Assembly: GCA_964016885.1 (NCBI GenBank)
Contig: OZ024745.1
Span: forward strand, 110,856,001-110,920,000
Reading direction: 5' to 3'
DNA length: 64,000 nucleotides
From: Eledone cirrhosa
Taxonomy: Eukaryota
Shown: positions 25,491-40,394 of the stretch, piece by piece
Layout: each line of letters begins with the position of its first letter
Position numbering within the stretch: the stretch's first letter is position 1
The notes under the pieces: generated by a model
Seen by the model: the letters and a program-made list of their open reading frames with translations, nothing else
What the model was told of the DNA's origin: nothing
Database searches by the model: none
Translations under genes and position numbers: made by a program

Positions 25491-26928
25491 ATATATCTAT
25501 TTTTATTTTTATCATAACCTACTTAACTTTTGGCACAACTGCAAGATGGACTTCTTTCACATCACTGTAAGCACATTTCCACTGTCTCTATTCAATGTCT
25601 GAAGAGATATAGCTGAATACTTAGAATTAGTTATAATGTATGATGGAGGTGAAAACTAAATGTTGCAAGATAGCTCACTGCCCTGCTGCTAATGCTGCAT
25701 ATATAGTGAATCAATCCTTCTATAGTGTTTATATTATACAATCAAGAAGACAATGTTAACTAATATTGTATTATGGAATAAAAGTACAAATGCAAAACAA
25801 TTAGAAATCACACATTTCTTACCATGTGTTACATCATCACTTCTAATTTGCTAGAGATAATCAATATTTAGAAGTGTGTAGCCCTTTTAGAATAGTTTAG
25901 ACATGTATATATGTATGTACATATGTGTACTTATATAAAGAGATAAATGGAATTAGTTAAACATAGAAAGAGATAAATCTCCATTAACCAACCCCCAAAA
26001 TTATTGTTCAGTAATTCATATGCAGATATTAAAATATCTGAAAACTGTACTAGGCTATCATGGAGGCAGTTATGAAAATGATTTTTAAAATATTGTTTAA
26101 TCGTAATTTGATAATTTCCTTGATGCCTATGAGATTCAGGAATTTTCAGTGAAGTTATCCTAACATTCTCAAAACTAAAATTATTTCAGGCATACTTTAT
26201 TCACTGGTTTTCTTTCCCCACCCACTATATATTCATATATTTGAACAGTAATTAAGCACGCTAGCATAAAGCTTTGAAAAGTTGCTTTCTAAACAGTATT
26301 TATACATCAGATTTTTATAATATATTTACATAAATAGATATTTATGAGAAAAGTGATATTTTTAGGGCTGTATATATAGAGAGACAATTATACTATGTAC
26401 ATATGTTTATTTCCTTGATTAACATTACTTATACTGAGATATTGATATTTGTGTTATATAAACACAGAAACACAATTTCAGATCTGATATTGTTTGTTGT
26501 ATCAATTAGTTGTAGTACATGATGATTAAATGTTTCTATACTGTGGATCTTAATAAGCAAATAGCAGCTATGAAGGTAAATGTTAAGCAAACAAGCTGGT
26601 CAAATCAGTTTTTAAATGTGTGCTTTCTAGCTGTTGTAAATTACAACTAAGGTCTCGTAGTTTGCTAACCATATTAGTTCTCGTTTTACTCTTTCTTTCC
26701 ACTCCTCTCTTAGTTCCACACCAGCATGCATAAATAATGCCTAAAAAAACACACACACACACACACGTCAAAATTGTCAACAGATACAATTAAAACCCAG
26801 AGATGGTAAATAGATGATACAAAAATAGTAACATGATGATAATTCCTTGGTCATCGGCTGTTGAAACGGAATAATGCAGTTTCGACTCCTACCGATAGTA
26901 CAACTGGTCTATTGCCAGTCCCTTCTAT

Positions 26929-26978
<50 letters not shown>

Positions 26979-27822
26979 TAGAGGGGGAAGGGAGAGGGAA
27001 ATAATGGTGGAATAAACATAATTATGGATTAAGTTTTATTGTTGCCTTAAAATTATTTCCAATCCAATTTACTCTAGCTGGAACATTGTTTTCAGTGTCA
27101 CTTATGTAATGATAGCATAAACTGAACATATCCTTCTTCTCAGAATACTTCATTTGGCCTACCTTTCTTAATTTGAAGTTTTCTTTCTGAACAAAGTTTA
27201 TGGTGTCTTGCTAAAAGATATATTATATTCCTATATATGCCTTGTCTTTTTGCTACTTATGTATTCATGTCTGTAAATGTGAAGGAGATTTAGAGATTTG
27301 TTTACCTTCTAAAAACTTCAGATAAAGATACCTTTCATTAAAAAAAGTATATAATTGAATAAAATAAAAGCAGTGTTCCTATCTTTAACATAAATGTTAT
27401 AGTTCTGAAAGTAAAAATTAATTTTTATTTATGACTTCTATCGAAATCTGACATAGCTTAGCAACAAAATAAAACATACAATCATTGAGAGGAAATAAGT
27501 TTTTTTTTTTTTTTAGTTTTCTTAACTGAATTTGCATGATTTATGTTTAGAAAAATCATTTCCATTTAATTTTAAGGGGTTTCTTTCAAATAGCTAAATT
27601 AAGAAAATACCATTTGTTTTTATCTATCAAATTGTTTTAAGAAATGTTTCCTTTCGAAATTTGTTTTATCTAATCTGTCAACTATCTTTTGCAAAATGCT
27701 TAAGATTTATAAAACATTCCGTTTTTCTTATTCTTTTTTCCCTATTTTTTTTTAATTATTGAAAATGTCTCATTTTTTGAAAGACATGAGCAATATGTTT
27801 CTTTTAAATACATGTATATGTG

Positions 27823-27901
<79 letters not shown>

Positions 27902-28304
27902 ATGTGTGTGTGTGTGTGTATGTGTGTGTATATATACATATGTATATATCATTCATAAATATACTTTAATTCACTTATTAAAAATTGCTTGTATTGTAAA
28001 TAGCACTGCCATGAATTAGCTACCTATTTCTCAAACAAATTTGCTGTTTCATGTAAATTTGTTAGTTGTAATACTTATCTAATCTCTCAGACAAAATTGC
28101 TATGAAATTTGAATTCAAAGCGAGAATTATTTGGGGATAATTTTGTAATAGCAATTATAGTACATCTAATACGATGGTGTAAAATCCTTGCTCAAGGTGA
28201 TCACTGGAGTAGGAAACAGAAATGACAGTAATAATTTAAAAAAAAAAAAATTAAAAATAAAACTTCATGTTATGATGCAAGATTAGTTTGTAACTATTGA
28301 GAAA

Positions 28305-28519
28305 TACAGCGTGGGCCATAATTACCTTACTGTTGAGAAATATGAATACAAAAACACCCATATTGGTATTAAACCCTATTCTAAATGTAATACATACACA
28401 CTTCATGTTAGTTTATATAATTTTATTAGATGTTTGAAATACTGCCCATTTCTATTAATGCAAGCACACCATTGCTGAGATAGGGGATGGCACGTTAGCT
28501 AATTATGGTCCAACCTGCA
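28305..28519. mobile_element. Tc1/mariner internal-deletion derivative (MITE-sized)
   Basis: TA-CAGCGTGGGCCATAA ... TTATGGTCCAACCTG imperfect TIRs; the minus strand retains ACINRNGQYFKH, like the transposase C-terminal CI..NG..FEH motif. Confidence 0.7.
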
Positions 28520-29989
28520 TAAAAGGGACATCACAAACTGTCAAGTCAAAACTTGAAAATTGCAAACAACAGGTCATATTTCTTGTATGTTCTCATATTA
28601 TCTTAAAAGAAAAGAAACATTTCTGATAATTCTCATTTACAACTAAAGCTTCTATGGCTACTTAGTAATTTTTTTATTAGATATTGTTGAAAGAAAAACG
28701 ACTTTGGGGAAAAAAATGGTATTTATTATTTTTTTTTTTTCATTACATTTCATTTAATGCTATGGTTATCTCACTTAACCTTATGACATAAGTAAATACC
28801 CCCCAATAGCAAAACTATTTTATTCCCTCTTGTGCCTCTTTTATTTGTGTCTGTTGTACTTATCAAGTTTATGCTCGACTGAATTTGACAGTAAACAGTT
28901 TTCATAAGTGGATCATTCAGAAAATGGCAAAAGAAAACAAGAAATGGAATATGACAAGGAAAAAAAAAACACTTTCTTGATAAAAAAAAAAATGGCATAT
29001 TTTTTGTTGACAATTTCCATAAAGTCTCTTTGAGGAATGACAGTATTCTATCAATTGTTGAAAGAAGCGGTTATGTTATTTTTCACTAGTAATCCTCCCA
29101 GATTACTTCTACTATGCAATTCTAAAGAAGGTTTTAAAACATAAGGGAACTGAAACATGTAAAAAGCAAAAATGAAAGAAAACATAAGCTTTTTATTTAT
29201 CCTTTACTCTTGAGTTACTTTGATTACTGCATGTGGTTTATTTCTTCAAATGTTTATAGAATGAATCAATTGTCTTTTATGTAATAACATATCAGAACAG
29301 ACATGTTCAAAGAATATCCTTAAAAATAAATATCTATAAATATCTATTTGTTCATATGGCTCAAAACAATATGATGTCTTATTAAAATTGATTATTCAAG
29401 AGTGTACATTAGATGTTGCTATGAATATATCATGGAATATCCGATGTATATATTTTTGCTTCAATGTAATCAGTGATTTTATTTTTTTCTGATTATTATA
29501 TTACTTTTAAATGAAATGATTCATGAGGGTTTTTAAATGTAAAATATTTTCTGATATCTTTTCAATATATGGTGACAATCTAATACCAAATATCTTAATG
29601 AAAGTAGCTGAGTAATCTGAAGGTCAGCAATATAACCAAAGGAAATTTCTTCTGTCAAGTGTTCTATATAGGAAATACAAATACTGTAGCATCTCACATA
29701 TATGATATAGTAATGTTGAAAAACTTTGATTATCCAAGCAATTAATAGAGGAAAACTCCCTCTAGGGGTGTTTTAAATCTGAAGACAATAAGCAGGGGAA
29801 ATAACTCTAATAAGATCAGTTGATTAATCTTTTTTAACAATATAAACAATGTAGTTAACCTCAGCTGATCACAGATTACTGAGATATTTTCGTTACCCAT
29901 ATTGTTGATATTCATATTCAGCATCACTACATCATCCCCTTCTCTCTCTTTCTCTCTTAGAATCACTCTTCGTCTTACAGAGTAGAATA

Positions 29990-30031
29990 AACCTCACTGA
30001 AGAGGTTTAATAAAACTGAAATATGTCAGTT
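29990..30031 (+). ncRNA. Degenerate type I hammerhead motif
   Basis: CTGAAGA 29997-30003, stem II GGTTT-aata-AAACT, GAAA 30018-21, TATG-TC (one change from palindromic GAAACATGTC). Stem I does not pair properly. Confidence 0.4.
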
Positions 30032-32759
30032 ACTTTGACAAGTTGGCTTTAAAGACCAGATCCACTCCAGTCTACATTGTCTATACTATCCAAAATTGTT
30101 GATCAACTAATCTTATTGGATACATTTCCCTTGTTTGTTTTTTTATATTTTAAACATATGTAGAGGGAGTTTTTATCTCCTTATTGTTTGGATAATCTAT
30201 TATTCAAATATTTTAAACTCACTATGTTACATATTTGAGACCCTACCATAATTAAGGAGTCATTTTAAATAAATTAGTGAATTAGAACTTATTATTATTA
30301 TCATTATTGTTATAACATAGACCAGTCCCATATTGATATACCTGATTAATGGTAAACTTATTTTTTAAGAAACAATAATACCTTTTTATTCAGCTATTAC
30401 CCCCTTTTTTTATAAACTCTCAACAATATGATTGGTATATAGTTTAATGTGAACAAAAATATAATGAAGAAAGATCATCAACAATCGATAAATAATTATA
30501 TCATCTTGAATAGAGATTTCCGTCCCCACCTCTCTAATAGTGCAGTCTGTATTGTAATCATTGATAGTGCTTAGAAAAGGTTCATAAATGTTTTGGGGTA
30601 AAAAAAAATGATTGTCATATATGGGTATTCAATTTTTATCTTTGACATTCATCATTTGTCAAGTGTTTCTATAGGATGTAATATTTAATATATATAGCAC
30701 AACATTTAGAAATATTATGACTTACTATATTATGACTTACATTGAAATGATCATAGTATAATAAACCTTTCAAGGATTTACACCAGTCCGGCCTCCTGTT
30801 ATTTTATAATAATTAACTCTGTACTCACACCACCAACTACACAAACGAAGACGGGTGCTCTCCATAATATTACATCAAGGTTGATCATACGGAATGACCA
30901 GTTCTATCCAGTGGTGAACCAACAAACCTAAATAAATATATATATATATACTGTATAAATTTTCTATATTATATTCTTCATATTATATAAAGATATATTC
31001 ATATATATTTAATTCTTAATTTTTACCATTTTTATTATATAAATATTAATTTAGGAGTTTCATCAAGATTGTCAATATGCTTACAAAAATATTGTTTGTG
31101 TTCATGTTTCATTGTAATACTATCAGCTGTTTTATACATATATATTTTTTATTCTATTATACTATTCTCGGCTGCTATAGTTTCATGTAGCTAATAGAAA
31201 TGATTTTAAACTTGTTCTGTTGCCTCCCAATCTATGATAACTTTTAATATATGTCATATCAATTAAAAGAAATTAACTATCATCAGAATTAATTATAAAT
31301 TTCGCTCTTTTTGATTAAAGCAGTTGCAATAATTATGTTTCAAATCTTAGAATTTTTTTCCTATAATTACAACTCTTTCTAAATTAGCTTCTGTTTTCTT
31401 CAAACAGTTCAGTCTTTCCTGCTGTAATCACTTACAAGGAATCTTTCTAATGAAATGTTCACTAGATATTAAAATGGAGACATTATTTTAAACTTCTAAA
31501 AAGTGATTAGACAGCATATCCTATAACTTACATATGTAGTATTTCTCAAAAGTAAAGCAAAAATTATCAACTAATACTAAATTACTCTCTCTTTCCTTAG
31601 TCACACCAATCCTTTTCCACACACAAATGGTCCCTGAATCATGGAAGCTTTGTAGAAAACAAGGTATCTCTCAGTTGAAATTTTGTGCATTTTCATTACT
31701 AGCAGCTTTTTGTATCTAAGGAGCTATACTGTTGATTGGCAAATATTCTCTTTAACTCCCTTCCGTCTACAATTTTCTTTAGTCTCTTCCTTCTACTGTT
31801 AAAACAACTCATACTCCTCAGTACTCTCTGGTCTCAAAGTATATTTATCCTCCTATGTCCTTTCTTATATTGCATGTATTTCCTCAAAGATTTAAATTAC
31901 ACATATTTAAATCAGACATTAACTGAGATAAGGTGGTCGAAACATGCTTTTGTAAACCACATACATAATTTTGATCAGTTGAAACAACTTCATTTTATTT
32001 GAAATATACTGGCTAATGGTTGGTTGTAAAAAAAACAACAGTCATATAATTGTTATATATGGTGGTCATTATATGAGATCTATATCTTAATTGAGATGAT
32101 AGAAATAGTAAGATCAGATTCTGTACAACATTTTGTAAAAAGATTGGTCTCTTAGATCCCTTCTTCAAATTACACTGAGGTTGACTTTACTTTTCAACCT
32201 TCTTTAGTCAGTAAAATTGCCAGTAATATATTATGATCAAATAAATAACTCTCTAGAAAAGGATATTTTTTAATTTTCCTAGTTAATAATAATATTGTTA
32301 TGCTACAAATTATCTCACTGTTTTTATAAATATCTGTACATGTACCCATTATTTATATGTGAATTAAAACAACACAAATTTTTTTTTTGCTCGGATGTTT
32401 TCTATATTTGATGATATGGTAATGGCTCATTAAAAGTTATTACACTACGTTTAAAAATTTTGCTCAACATTATTTTTTATCAAAACAATTTTATCATTAT
32501 TACTAAATGTGTTTGTTTTTGTTTTTTAAAATCTTTCCTATATATTTAAATTGTGGTTATTTGTGTATTAGTTAATACATACAAATACTACTTATACAAC
32601 GATTGATAGTTTATTCATGTGTTTTTTGTATTTCTGAATTTATAATACAAATTTCTGATTGGAAGAAATCTTTATTCACTTAATGAATTCTTTTTAGTAG
32701 AAAGGTTAAATACCTTCCCCAAATAATTTTCTTCTTCTCTTGAAGATTTTCGATTTTTC

Positions 32760-33200
32760 ATATATTTTCTGGCTTTTACTTATCTCATTGCTGATTCAAT
32801 CTACCTTGAAGAAAGATCTTGATGCTGGATATAAGTTATAGCCAACATTTTCATATTTTCCTTGTTATAAATAGTCAATGTTATTAGAAGAAATAAATAT
32901 GTTCAGTCAGATCAAAGGCATCAAATCTATATAGTGCAATTTATACATAGTTGATGGATGGTATTACATAAGCTTCTTCATCGACTATGAAGTTCTGGTG
33001 GAAATTGGTTAAAGCTTCCCTGTCCTTAGTCATGTCGTCTGCATCTGTCAGCAAAATCATAAGTATTATTGGCCACTGCAGGCAGGGCAATTACTTCAAC
33101 ACATCCTCCACCTTAGTAAATAGGCTCATAAAAAGCTTTGGGCAATTTAGAGTTGTTGAGGAGAACTTCGATCAGATTTCACTAGATAACTGCTCAATTT
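32760..33200 (-). mobile_element. Ancient non-LTR retrotransposon RT fragment
   Basis: Minus strand gives NCPKLF....LLTDADDM (cf. LSP.LF and LLYADD) with plausible spacing; many stops. Confidence 0.5.
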
Positions 33201-35928
33201 ATGAAGTTTAGCTTATTTACATATTACAATGAATCTATAGCAAACATAACAGAACAGAAAAAGCTCTTGAATTCATTCTAATATTAAAAGGCTTTAAGAA
33301 GTTTGCATATTATCTTTATTATTGTCAGTGGCATTATATTCAACAATACCAAATGTATAATTCATGATCAATAATAAGATTTCTCTTATTCAATACCATA
33401 TATACTGTAAGCAGTTTTTATTATATATCTTCATATTATTTTTTCAATCATTATAAATATAAATATTTATATTCTCATTCTCTATTCCTCGTCCTTATTG
33501 GATTCAGATCATAGATGAACCTATTTTTATTGCCTTCCTGATTTAAAATGTTTTTTTTTCTTTTCTTTTTCTGGTGGGTAATTTTATACACAAAATAAAA
33601 TTATTTATAAAAAATCTCTAACTTGAAATTTCACTCTAAAATTTAATAAATCCTTCCATATAGTAAAAAGATAAAACACATTTTTTAAATTTTAGCATCA
33701 TTTTCATATTATGTTCGTAGTGACTAAATAAAAATATTATTTCTTTCATTATTATTATCATCATCATCATATGTTATTTCAATTTACTTGTGTTTCTTTT
33801 TTAGCACTTTGTTGTATAAACTAAAGTATGTATTTTATCAAAGTTCACAAACAGTAGAAATGCTTCAGTAAATATGTCATCATCTAATCTCAAATGAAGG
33901 TTGCTCTAAGAATTAAAGATAATAGTTGTAATTCTTGAGGTACAATGAAAATAATTTCTATTTAGGTATTTCTAATCTTTAGAATCTACCGCAAAAGAAA
34001 CATGTGAAACATTTATATTTGTTTTCTAACTTTTGAAAGAAGAAAGTTTATATTCAAGAAAATCACTTTTCATGCTCTTTCTCTCTTCATTTTGACAATT
34101 TTGTGAAATTTTAATCTTTTTTTCCTCCCCCAACTATTGTTATCTTTAGATTTTATGTAGTATGAGTTTTCTTTATATCTGATTTCTTCTCTTTTACTTT
34201 TGTGATTCATTGAAGCGGGTGGAGCTTTTTTTCATTACAAATGATTGTATTTCCTGATGTTCAGCTTTGATTCATTCTTCACTGACCTATCAGTTTTGCT
34301 TCATGCCTTAACCCCACTTTATGTGCCCAAATCTTACTGAAACTGTTTTTTTTAATCTGAAATAGGAGTTCAGTAAAGTACTTGTAACTACATTATTACA
34401 TTTTCAGTGCAATTTTTCTAATCTTTTGTTGTTATATAAACAACTGTAAATATTGTTTATGATAAATTTAAAACATTTTTTCACTTTTTTTGTGTTTTTT
34501 ATTATTGTTTTTAATATTTCCAAATATGTTATAAACATGTCCTCTCTTTTCCTTCTGAACTAAAAATATTTATTTTGGACTACTTTTTATGCCAAAAGTG
34601 AAAAAGTTCTCTAAATACTTATTCTAATAGTTTTCTTTACCTGAAATATCATTTTAGTTAGCTGTAACACATTTCCTCTTTTTTAAGTGTTCCCATAATC
34701 AGTAAAATACACAATAGAGCTTCTGAGAACTCCTTTACAAATCTAGAAGAAATAAGAATGAAGCAAATAATTTAAAGTATGGATGTTTATTTAGCAAATT
34801 TTTTATTTAATTATTACCATATTTCACAAATTAACTTAACTATTGGTAAATTTCTCCAGGACCCTACCACAACCACCCACCAAAAAAATCAAGTGGAAAT
34901 GAGTGCCATTATATTTGGTTTAAAAAATTCATACACATTGTTATTTAGTATTTAATATTTTGATACAGTCCTTTCAGACTGTTTTACTAATAGCCACTAG
35001 ATGAATTTCATAGAATCCTTGAATTGCAAATGTAGAAGCTTCCATGAATCCCAACAGACTCATTAAGGTTGCCACTTAGCTCTTATTTCATGGGGTTAAT
35101 CAAATAATGTTCATCTTTAATTTGAAGACAAACTTTATCATGACAGCCCAGTGACCTAAGGTCCATACAGTTAAGTGTACTCCACAGCAGGAGAGAACCT
35201 AAGACCCATGAGTTAGTATTCAATACCATATCATTACTTAGCTCTAGGTACTTTAGAATAGAATAAAATAAAAAAAAACATTTGTAGTTTAATACCAGTC
35301 ACGTACCCAGACACCTAATTGCTTTACTTTAGGTTCTTAACTTCTGGTGGAACTCTAAAAGAACTGTTGTGACATACAGAGAACATGGCCTGAGCATTTA
35401 AATCTGGCAGAGTTCATCCCTCTTCAGGTTTCATCACTGTTGATATCTTCGAGAGAAATTGTAGCAGAGTGGGCAGTGGCATTCTTAATACTTGGCTGGT
35501 GTTTCATTATTCACCCCCAAGAGGATGAAAAACCAAACTTGACTTCAGCATGATTTGAACTCAAAGCACAGATACCTGGAATGAATACTGCTAAGCATTC
35601 TATATGACATTCTAATAACTCTACCAACTTGCTGCCTTAATGGTGTGTAGAATTCAGGGTCTTTTGCTTAAAGCTACTACAAAATGGCTATAGCAAGATT
35701 TTAAGTTCATGTCCCACAAGAAGCAGCTCCCTTATACCATTCTCAGCGCACGCATACACATCTATGTAGTCATACTATTACTATTTTCTAAAGTAGGCAT
35801 AAGGGCGAGAGGTGGTATGGTAGATTTCATAATAGGAACTCACTGTTGCTATGTACAAGTCTATATGAAAGAGAACTTATATCATCAACATGCACAGTCA
35901 GTGGAATTAAAAACAATATGTATATGTA

Positions 35929-35962
<34 letters not shown>

Positions 35963-38526
35963 CATGTGTTTATATATATATGTGTGTATATATATATAGT
36001 TAATGGAAATTAACTAGAATATTCTAAAAGTAGATTATTTTTTTCTTAATTTTTTTTCTTTCTTTCTTATGGAAAACAGCATTAACATGATCAATATAAA
36101 AAGTTGTATTTTATTTTTTCTCCATCTATTTATTTATTTTTATCTCCTCCCCCCCTCCCTCACTTGCAGTTCAGTTAAAGCTAAGGATATTTATTAAATG
36201 AATTTGTTAAACATTACATCTTTGGGTTTGGATACCATGTAACTAAACAGTGGCCATGGTTGAGTGATAGGTTATTTTATAAATGTTGATGTTTTATTGA
36301 TAGTACTGGGTATATTATTGATTGAAGAGTATTGGGATTATGTACAAAATCAAATATTTTCTTTACCATGACTTTGATCAAAGCACCATTTGCTTACATT
36401 ACAATATAATATCTGGCTTAGATACTCAGTGTGCCTTTGTTCACTGAAATGGTTAAGTTGTTTAAATTTAAATCGGGGGGACTTTCAATTACTTGTGTAA
36501 AGTGAAATATGGAGCTAATATAGTTGAAGTGAAAAATGTATGTAGACGAAAACTACTGAAATCATAGAAACCAGTCTAAGCTAGCTTGTTCTTTATCATT
36601 TTTACAACTTTGTCTTCTTCATTGTTGTCCTCTTTTGTTCAACTTGAAGCTAACTTGGAAATGGTATTCTCACTTTGAATACAGTAGCCCACAATTGTGA
36701 ACACATATTGATCCTCTGTTATATTGAATAGTGAACTGCTGCTCTGTATGCATCAGTAGCAGGAGTATGTACATTCCTTTAGATCTATTTGTTATTCAGG
36801 GCAACACATGGTCATCCACGTCCTTTAGCAGTAGACAACCAAGCTACAAACAGCTCTTAAGTAGACTGTTTGAGAAGGCAACATATAAATGAAATGGCAT
36901 TGTACACCTATGTTAGTATCCCAACCATATAATGCTGACTGCATATTACAAACTTGCTTTTATTTTTAAGAGCTATTGACAAGTTTGATTTCATTCTTCT
37001 TGATATATATTAGTCAGGACCATCCAGAATTGTCGGCTTCTTCATGAGTGTTTACTTCTTCAGATCATTGCTGTAGCTAGTTGGGGTCTTTTGCAGGTCA
37101 TATTAAAACTCATTCATCCTGAAATATAAGTATATTATGCATAGTAAATCTCTACATTGCGGAAGTAGGTGCAGTATTTTCCTGACCAAAGAGAAGAGTG
37201 AAAGCAGTTGTTCTGAACTATCAAAGTCAAAATACAATAATTATATCATAAAACCTTTGATAAATTCATGCGTCACAGCTCATAGAAAAACAGAAAGCTT
37301 CTGTTGAAAAATAAAACAATATGGCTATATTACATTCCTTGCATTAGTAAAGAACTACTGAAGGCAATAATTACCATTATAGTCAAAAGAATTTCATTGC
37401 AAACATGAATAACAATAATATAAAATTTGTATTTGTCATGTAATTCATAACATACAAGTGTTCTCAGCAAATATTTATTCTTGTTAGTATAGTGTCTTCC
37501 TCTAAATATATTTCTCTATTTGTTAACAGCTTTCGTAATCCATAACATACATGCTACTTGGCTTTTTCTTTCTACTAAAGAAATATTTATAAGATTTTCT
37601 GAACTTTCAGGTAAAAGTAATTGTAGTATTATTGCAGATGACAGAAAGTCTTAAATATATTCTTTATGTATATTGTTTAGATCTCACCACAGTTAACTTT
37701 GCATTTTATCTCTTATTTATATTTCAAGTTTTAAGTTTATCTCACCACAGTATTGTGTAAAGGAGTTTGTTATATTAATTGTTAAAACAGCTAGATGCCT
37801 TTTTCTGTATTAACTACTCATCTGTGTAGTAGCAGAGTATGTTAGTCAGAAAAACTAGGGACATAGTGCAATAGATGTAAAATCTAAACATTATCATTTG
37901 GTCTGCAGTCTAGCACCTCGCTCCCACAGTCATTGTTCTTAAAGAGTCAATAGAATGAATACAATTATTGTATTAAGTTAATCAATTGTATTCTACATCA
38001 CTTTATGAAAAAAAATTAATATTTTCCTGATGGTTATTATAATATAAAGTAACATTGTATGAGATCAGTAATTTATATAAACAGTTACGTAGAAAACTAT
38101 GGATAAATTTTATAACACCCAAATCCAGTGTAGGTTTTAAAAGATACTAGAAATAAATCAAATTAAACTTTTATGAATGGAAATACAGTGTGAAACTTAC
38201 GTTCTTCTTTTGATATCAAATCTTGCCATAGTTGCTTTAGTTTTTCTTCATACATATAGACTTGTGTTGGACAGATCTACAATACATGATCTATCACAGT
38301 TGGTGATATTTTCAGTTACCATGTATGTAGTTCATGAGGGGTTGGTGGAAGTTTTCACTACCAATCTATAATGATGGGACGGTGGGGAAGCATCAGCTGT
38401 GTCTATTCTAATACAAACCCCAGAGAAGTTATTCATCACTTGTTTATATTGGTATGAGCCACAATGACAAAATTGGTTACATAAGTTTATCAAGGACACC
38501 TTCACAAAAGATCTTCACACATACAT

Positions 38527-38857
38527 TCATCATTTTACGTCCGCTTTTTCCCTGCTTGCAAGGGTGAGATGGGAACTGATTCTGGCTTGATTTCTACAGC
38601 TGGATGCCCTTCCTAACACCAACCTCATTTACAGTGAGTGCTGGATGTTTTTTTGCCATGGCATCCCCACGACCACTTTGCAGTGGAATGATAGGGACCC
38701 CAGTCCCTATCATTTCATTTCTACAGCTGAGTAAACTGGAGCAATGTGAAATAAAGTGTCTTGCTCAAGGAAACAACACATCACCCGGTCTGAGAATTGA
38801 ACTCACAACCTTTCGATTGCAAGGCCAATGCTCTAACCACTAAGCCATGTGTCTCCA
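38527..38857 (-). mobile_element. Young tRNA/CORE SINE with RTE-type (ATG)n tail, full length
   Basis: Minus strand: A box TGGCTTAGTGG, B box GAGTTCAATTC, CORE-like TTCCTTGAGCAAGACACTTTATTTCACATTGCTCCAGTTTACTCAGCTGTAGAAATG, then GGTTGGTGTTAGGAAGGGCATCCAG and CGGACGTAAAATGATG. Near-identical to 50513 and 63083. Confidence 0.92.
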
Positions 38858-39429
38858 TATATGTATCAATAATGTATATGTATCAATAATATAATAATAT
38901 AATCTAAGTTTTGAACACCTATCCTGTCTTCTATATTATTATTTATGTAAAAATCACTGGTTCCTGAGGAAGAGAAAGTGTTTGATTAACGCCCCCCCCC
39001 CCCACACACACACCTAGTTTTATGTTAGTCCTTGTTGGTATCAGACCTTTGAGTTGTTCCATCATTTCCTCTTTAACTCATGGATGGTATACCTCCTTAT
39101 CTAATTTTTAGACATTATCTGAAATTCAAATTTAATAACTTACTAATTTACATGCTTCCAAGCTATTCTCAGAACTTCCAAGATTTCTTGTAGATAACTT
39201 AGTAACCGATATTCTAAATTTTTTTTTTTTCCCTTCTGTCAATACATTTCTAATTGATTTCACTTTTCATTTGATGTATTTATTAAATTGGTTCAGTATA
39301 CTGATAAGAACACTGTAATATAGCAAGACAGTTACTTGATTTTTAAAAAATATTTCTTTCTAAAGCAATGCCTCTCACATAGATTAGATACACTAGTGCA
39401 TCACTTTAATGATACCTCTTGTATTCTTA

Positions 39430-39650
39430 TGTTTAATAATAATAGTTTCTTATTTAGGCATGAAGCCAACAATTTTTTTTGTGGGGAGAGGAAAGTCAAT
39501 TAAATCAGCCTCAGTGCATTACTGGTGCTTTATTTTATTGACCCCATAAGGATGGATGGCAAAGCTAACCTCACTGGGAATATAAAGAGCCCCAACTCTA
39601 TGCCACAAAGCATGTTGTTCAATGCACTAGTGATATGGCCAATTATATAA
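39430..39650 (-). mobile_element. Nin-domain SINE, older copy
   Basis: Reverse complement of family core and tail; similar older copies at ~13660, ~16760, ~32140, ~35480, ~45080, ~52310, ~52905 and ~55437. Confidence 0.7.
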
Positions 39651-39997
39651 TGGTAATAATAATAACAATATCGTTATTATATACTTATGGCTGTGTGGTT
39701 TAGAAATTCTTTCTACAACCATGTGATTCTGGGTTCTGCCCCACAGCGCAATTTATTGTGTTGACCAAACCTTATGAGTGGAATTTGCTGGCTGGAAACT
39801 ACTAAAGCCTATCATGTGTGTGTGTATACACTTGTATCTGCATTTATGTCCCATAATTTAGCAGTTCAACAACAACAAAAAAATCGATAAAATAAGTCCC
39901 AGACTTGAAAAAAATCAGTAACGCAACTGATATGATTGATTAAATCAAGGCAGTTCCTCAGCATGGCTGCTGTCACATGACTGAATCCAGCAAAAGA

Positions 39998-40029
<32 letters not shown>

Positions 40030-40351
40030 CTTTCTGAGGCCCTGCCAAATTCCTAGAAAAGTTATCACTCCAAAATCAAAACCAAAATAATATGGTGTTT
40101 TGGTAAATATATACACATCCAAATCTGATATAGTGATTTTTAGTAGGAATAATTTCTAGCTTTAGACAGAAAGCTTTAAATCATGAAATATCTGCCAATG
40201 ATTGTTTACGCAGCATCCAAGTGATAATATGCTGACAACTACAATGCTACATCGTCACTATGAAATCTTATCTTAACTTCGTTTTTCTAAATATTTTGAT
40301 GCTATAGAAAAATAAGTTAGAACTTAAAGTACTTCTAAACCCCATACATTA

Positions 40352-40394
<43 letters not shown>

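Noticed and set aside
26860-26930. Minus-strand CGAAAC-TGCA half-hammerhead (similar at ~58850-58880 and ~57955-57990)
   Set aside because: The CUGANGA box is missing; possibly Penelope debris but not supportable as ribozymes.
36640-37250. GC-richer stretch with a minus-strand QSALYGW motif
   Set aside because: Possibly a very old LINE, but one weak motif is not enough to call.
37590-37620. Recursive-splice-like TTTCAG|GTAAAA (also TTTAG|GTAAAA at ~43072)
   Set aside because: The donor half is not the AG|GTAAGT consensus and the pyrimidine tract is weak; expected by chance in AT-rich DNA.
38604-38843. Same 79-aa ORF recurring at 38604, 50601 and 63175
   Set aside because: Antisense reading of a non-coding SINE; the identity reflects repeat youth, and one copy is frameshifted.
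38780-38857. tRNA-like sequences with A and B boxes
   Set aside because: SINE heads continuing into CORE or Nin domains; no complete cloverleaf.
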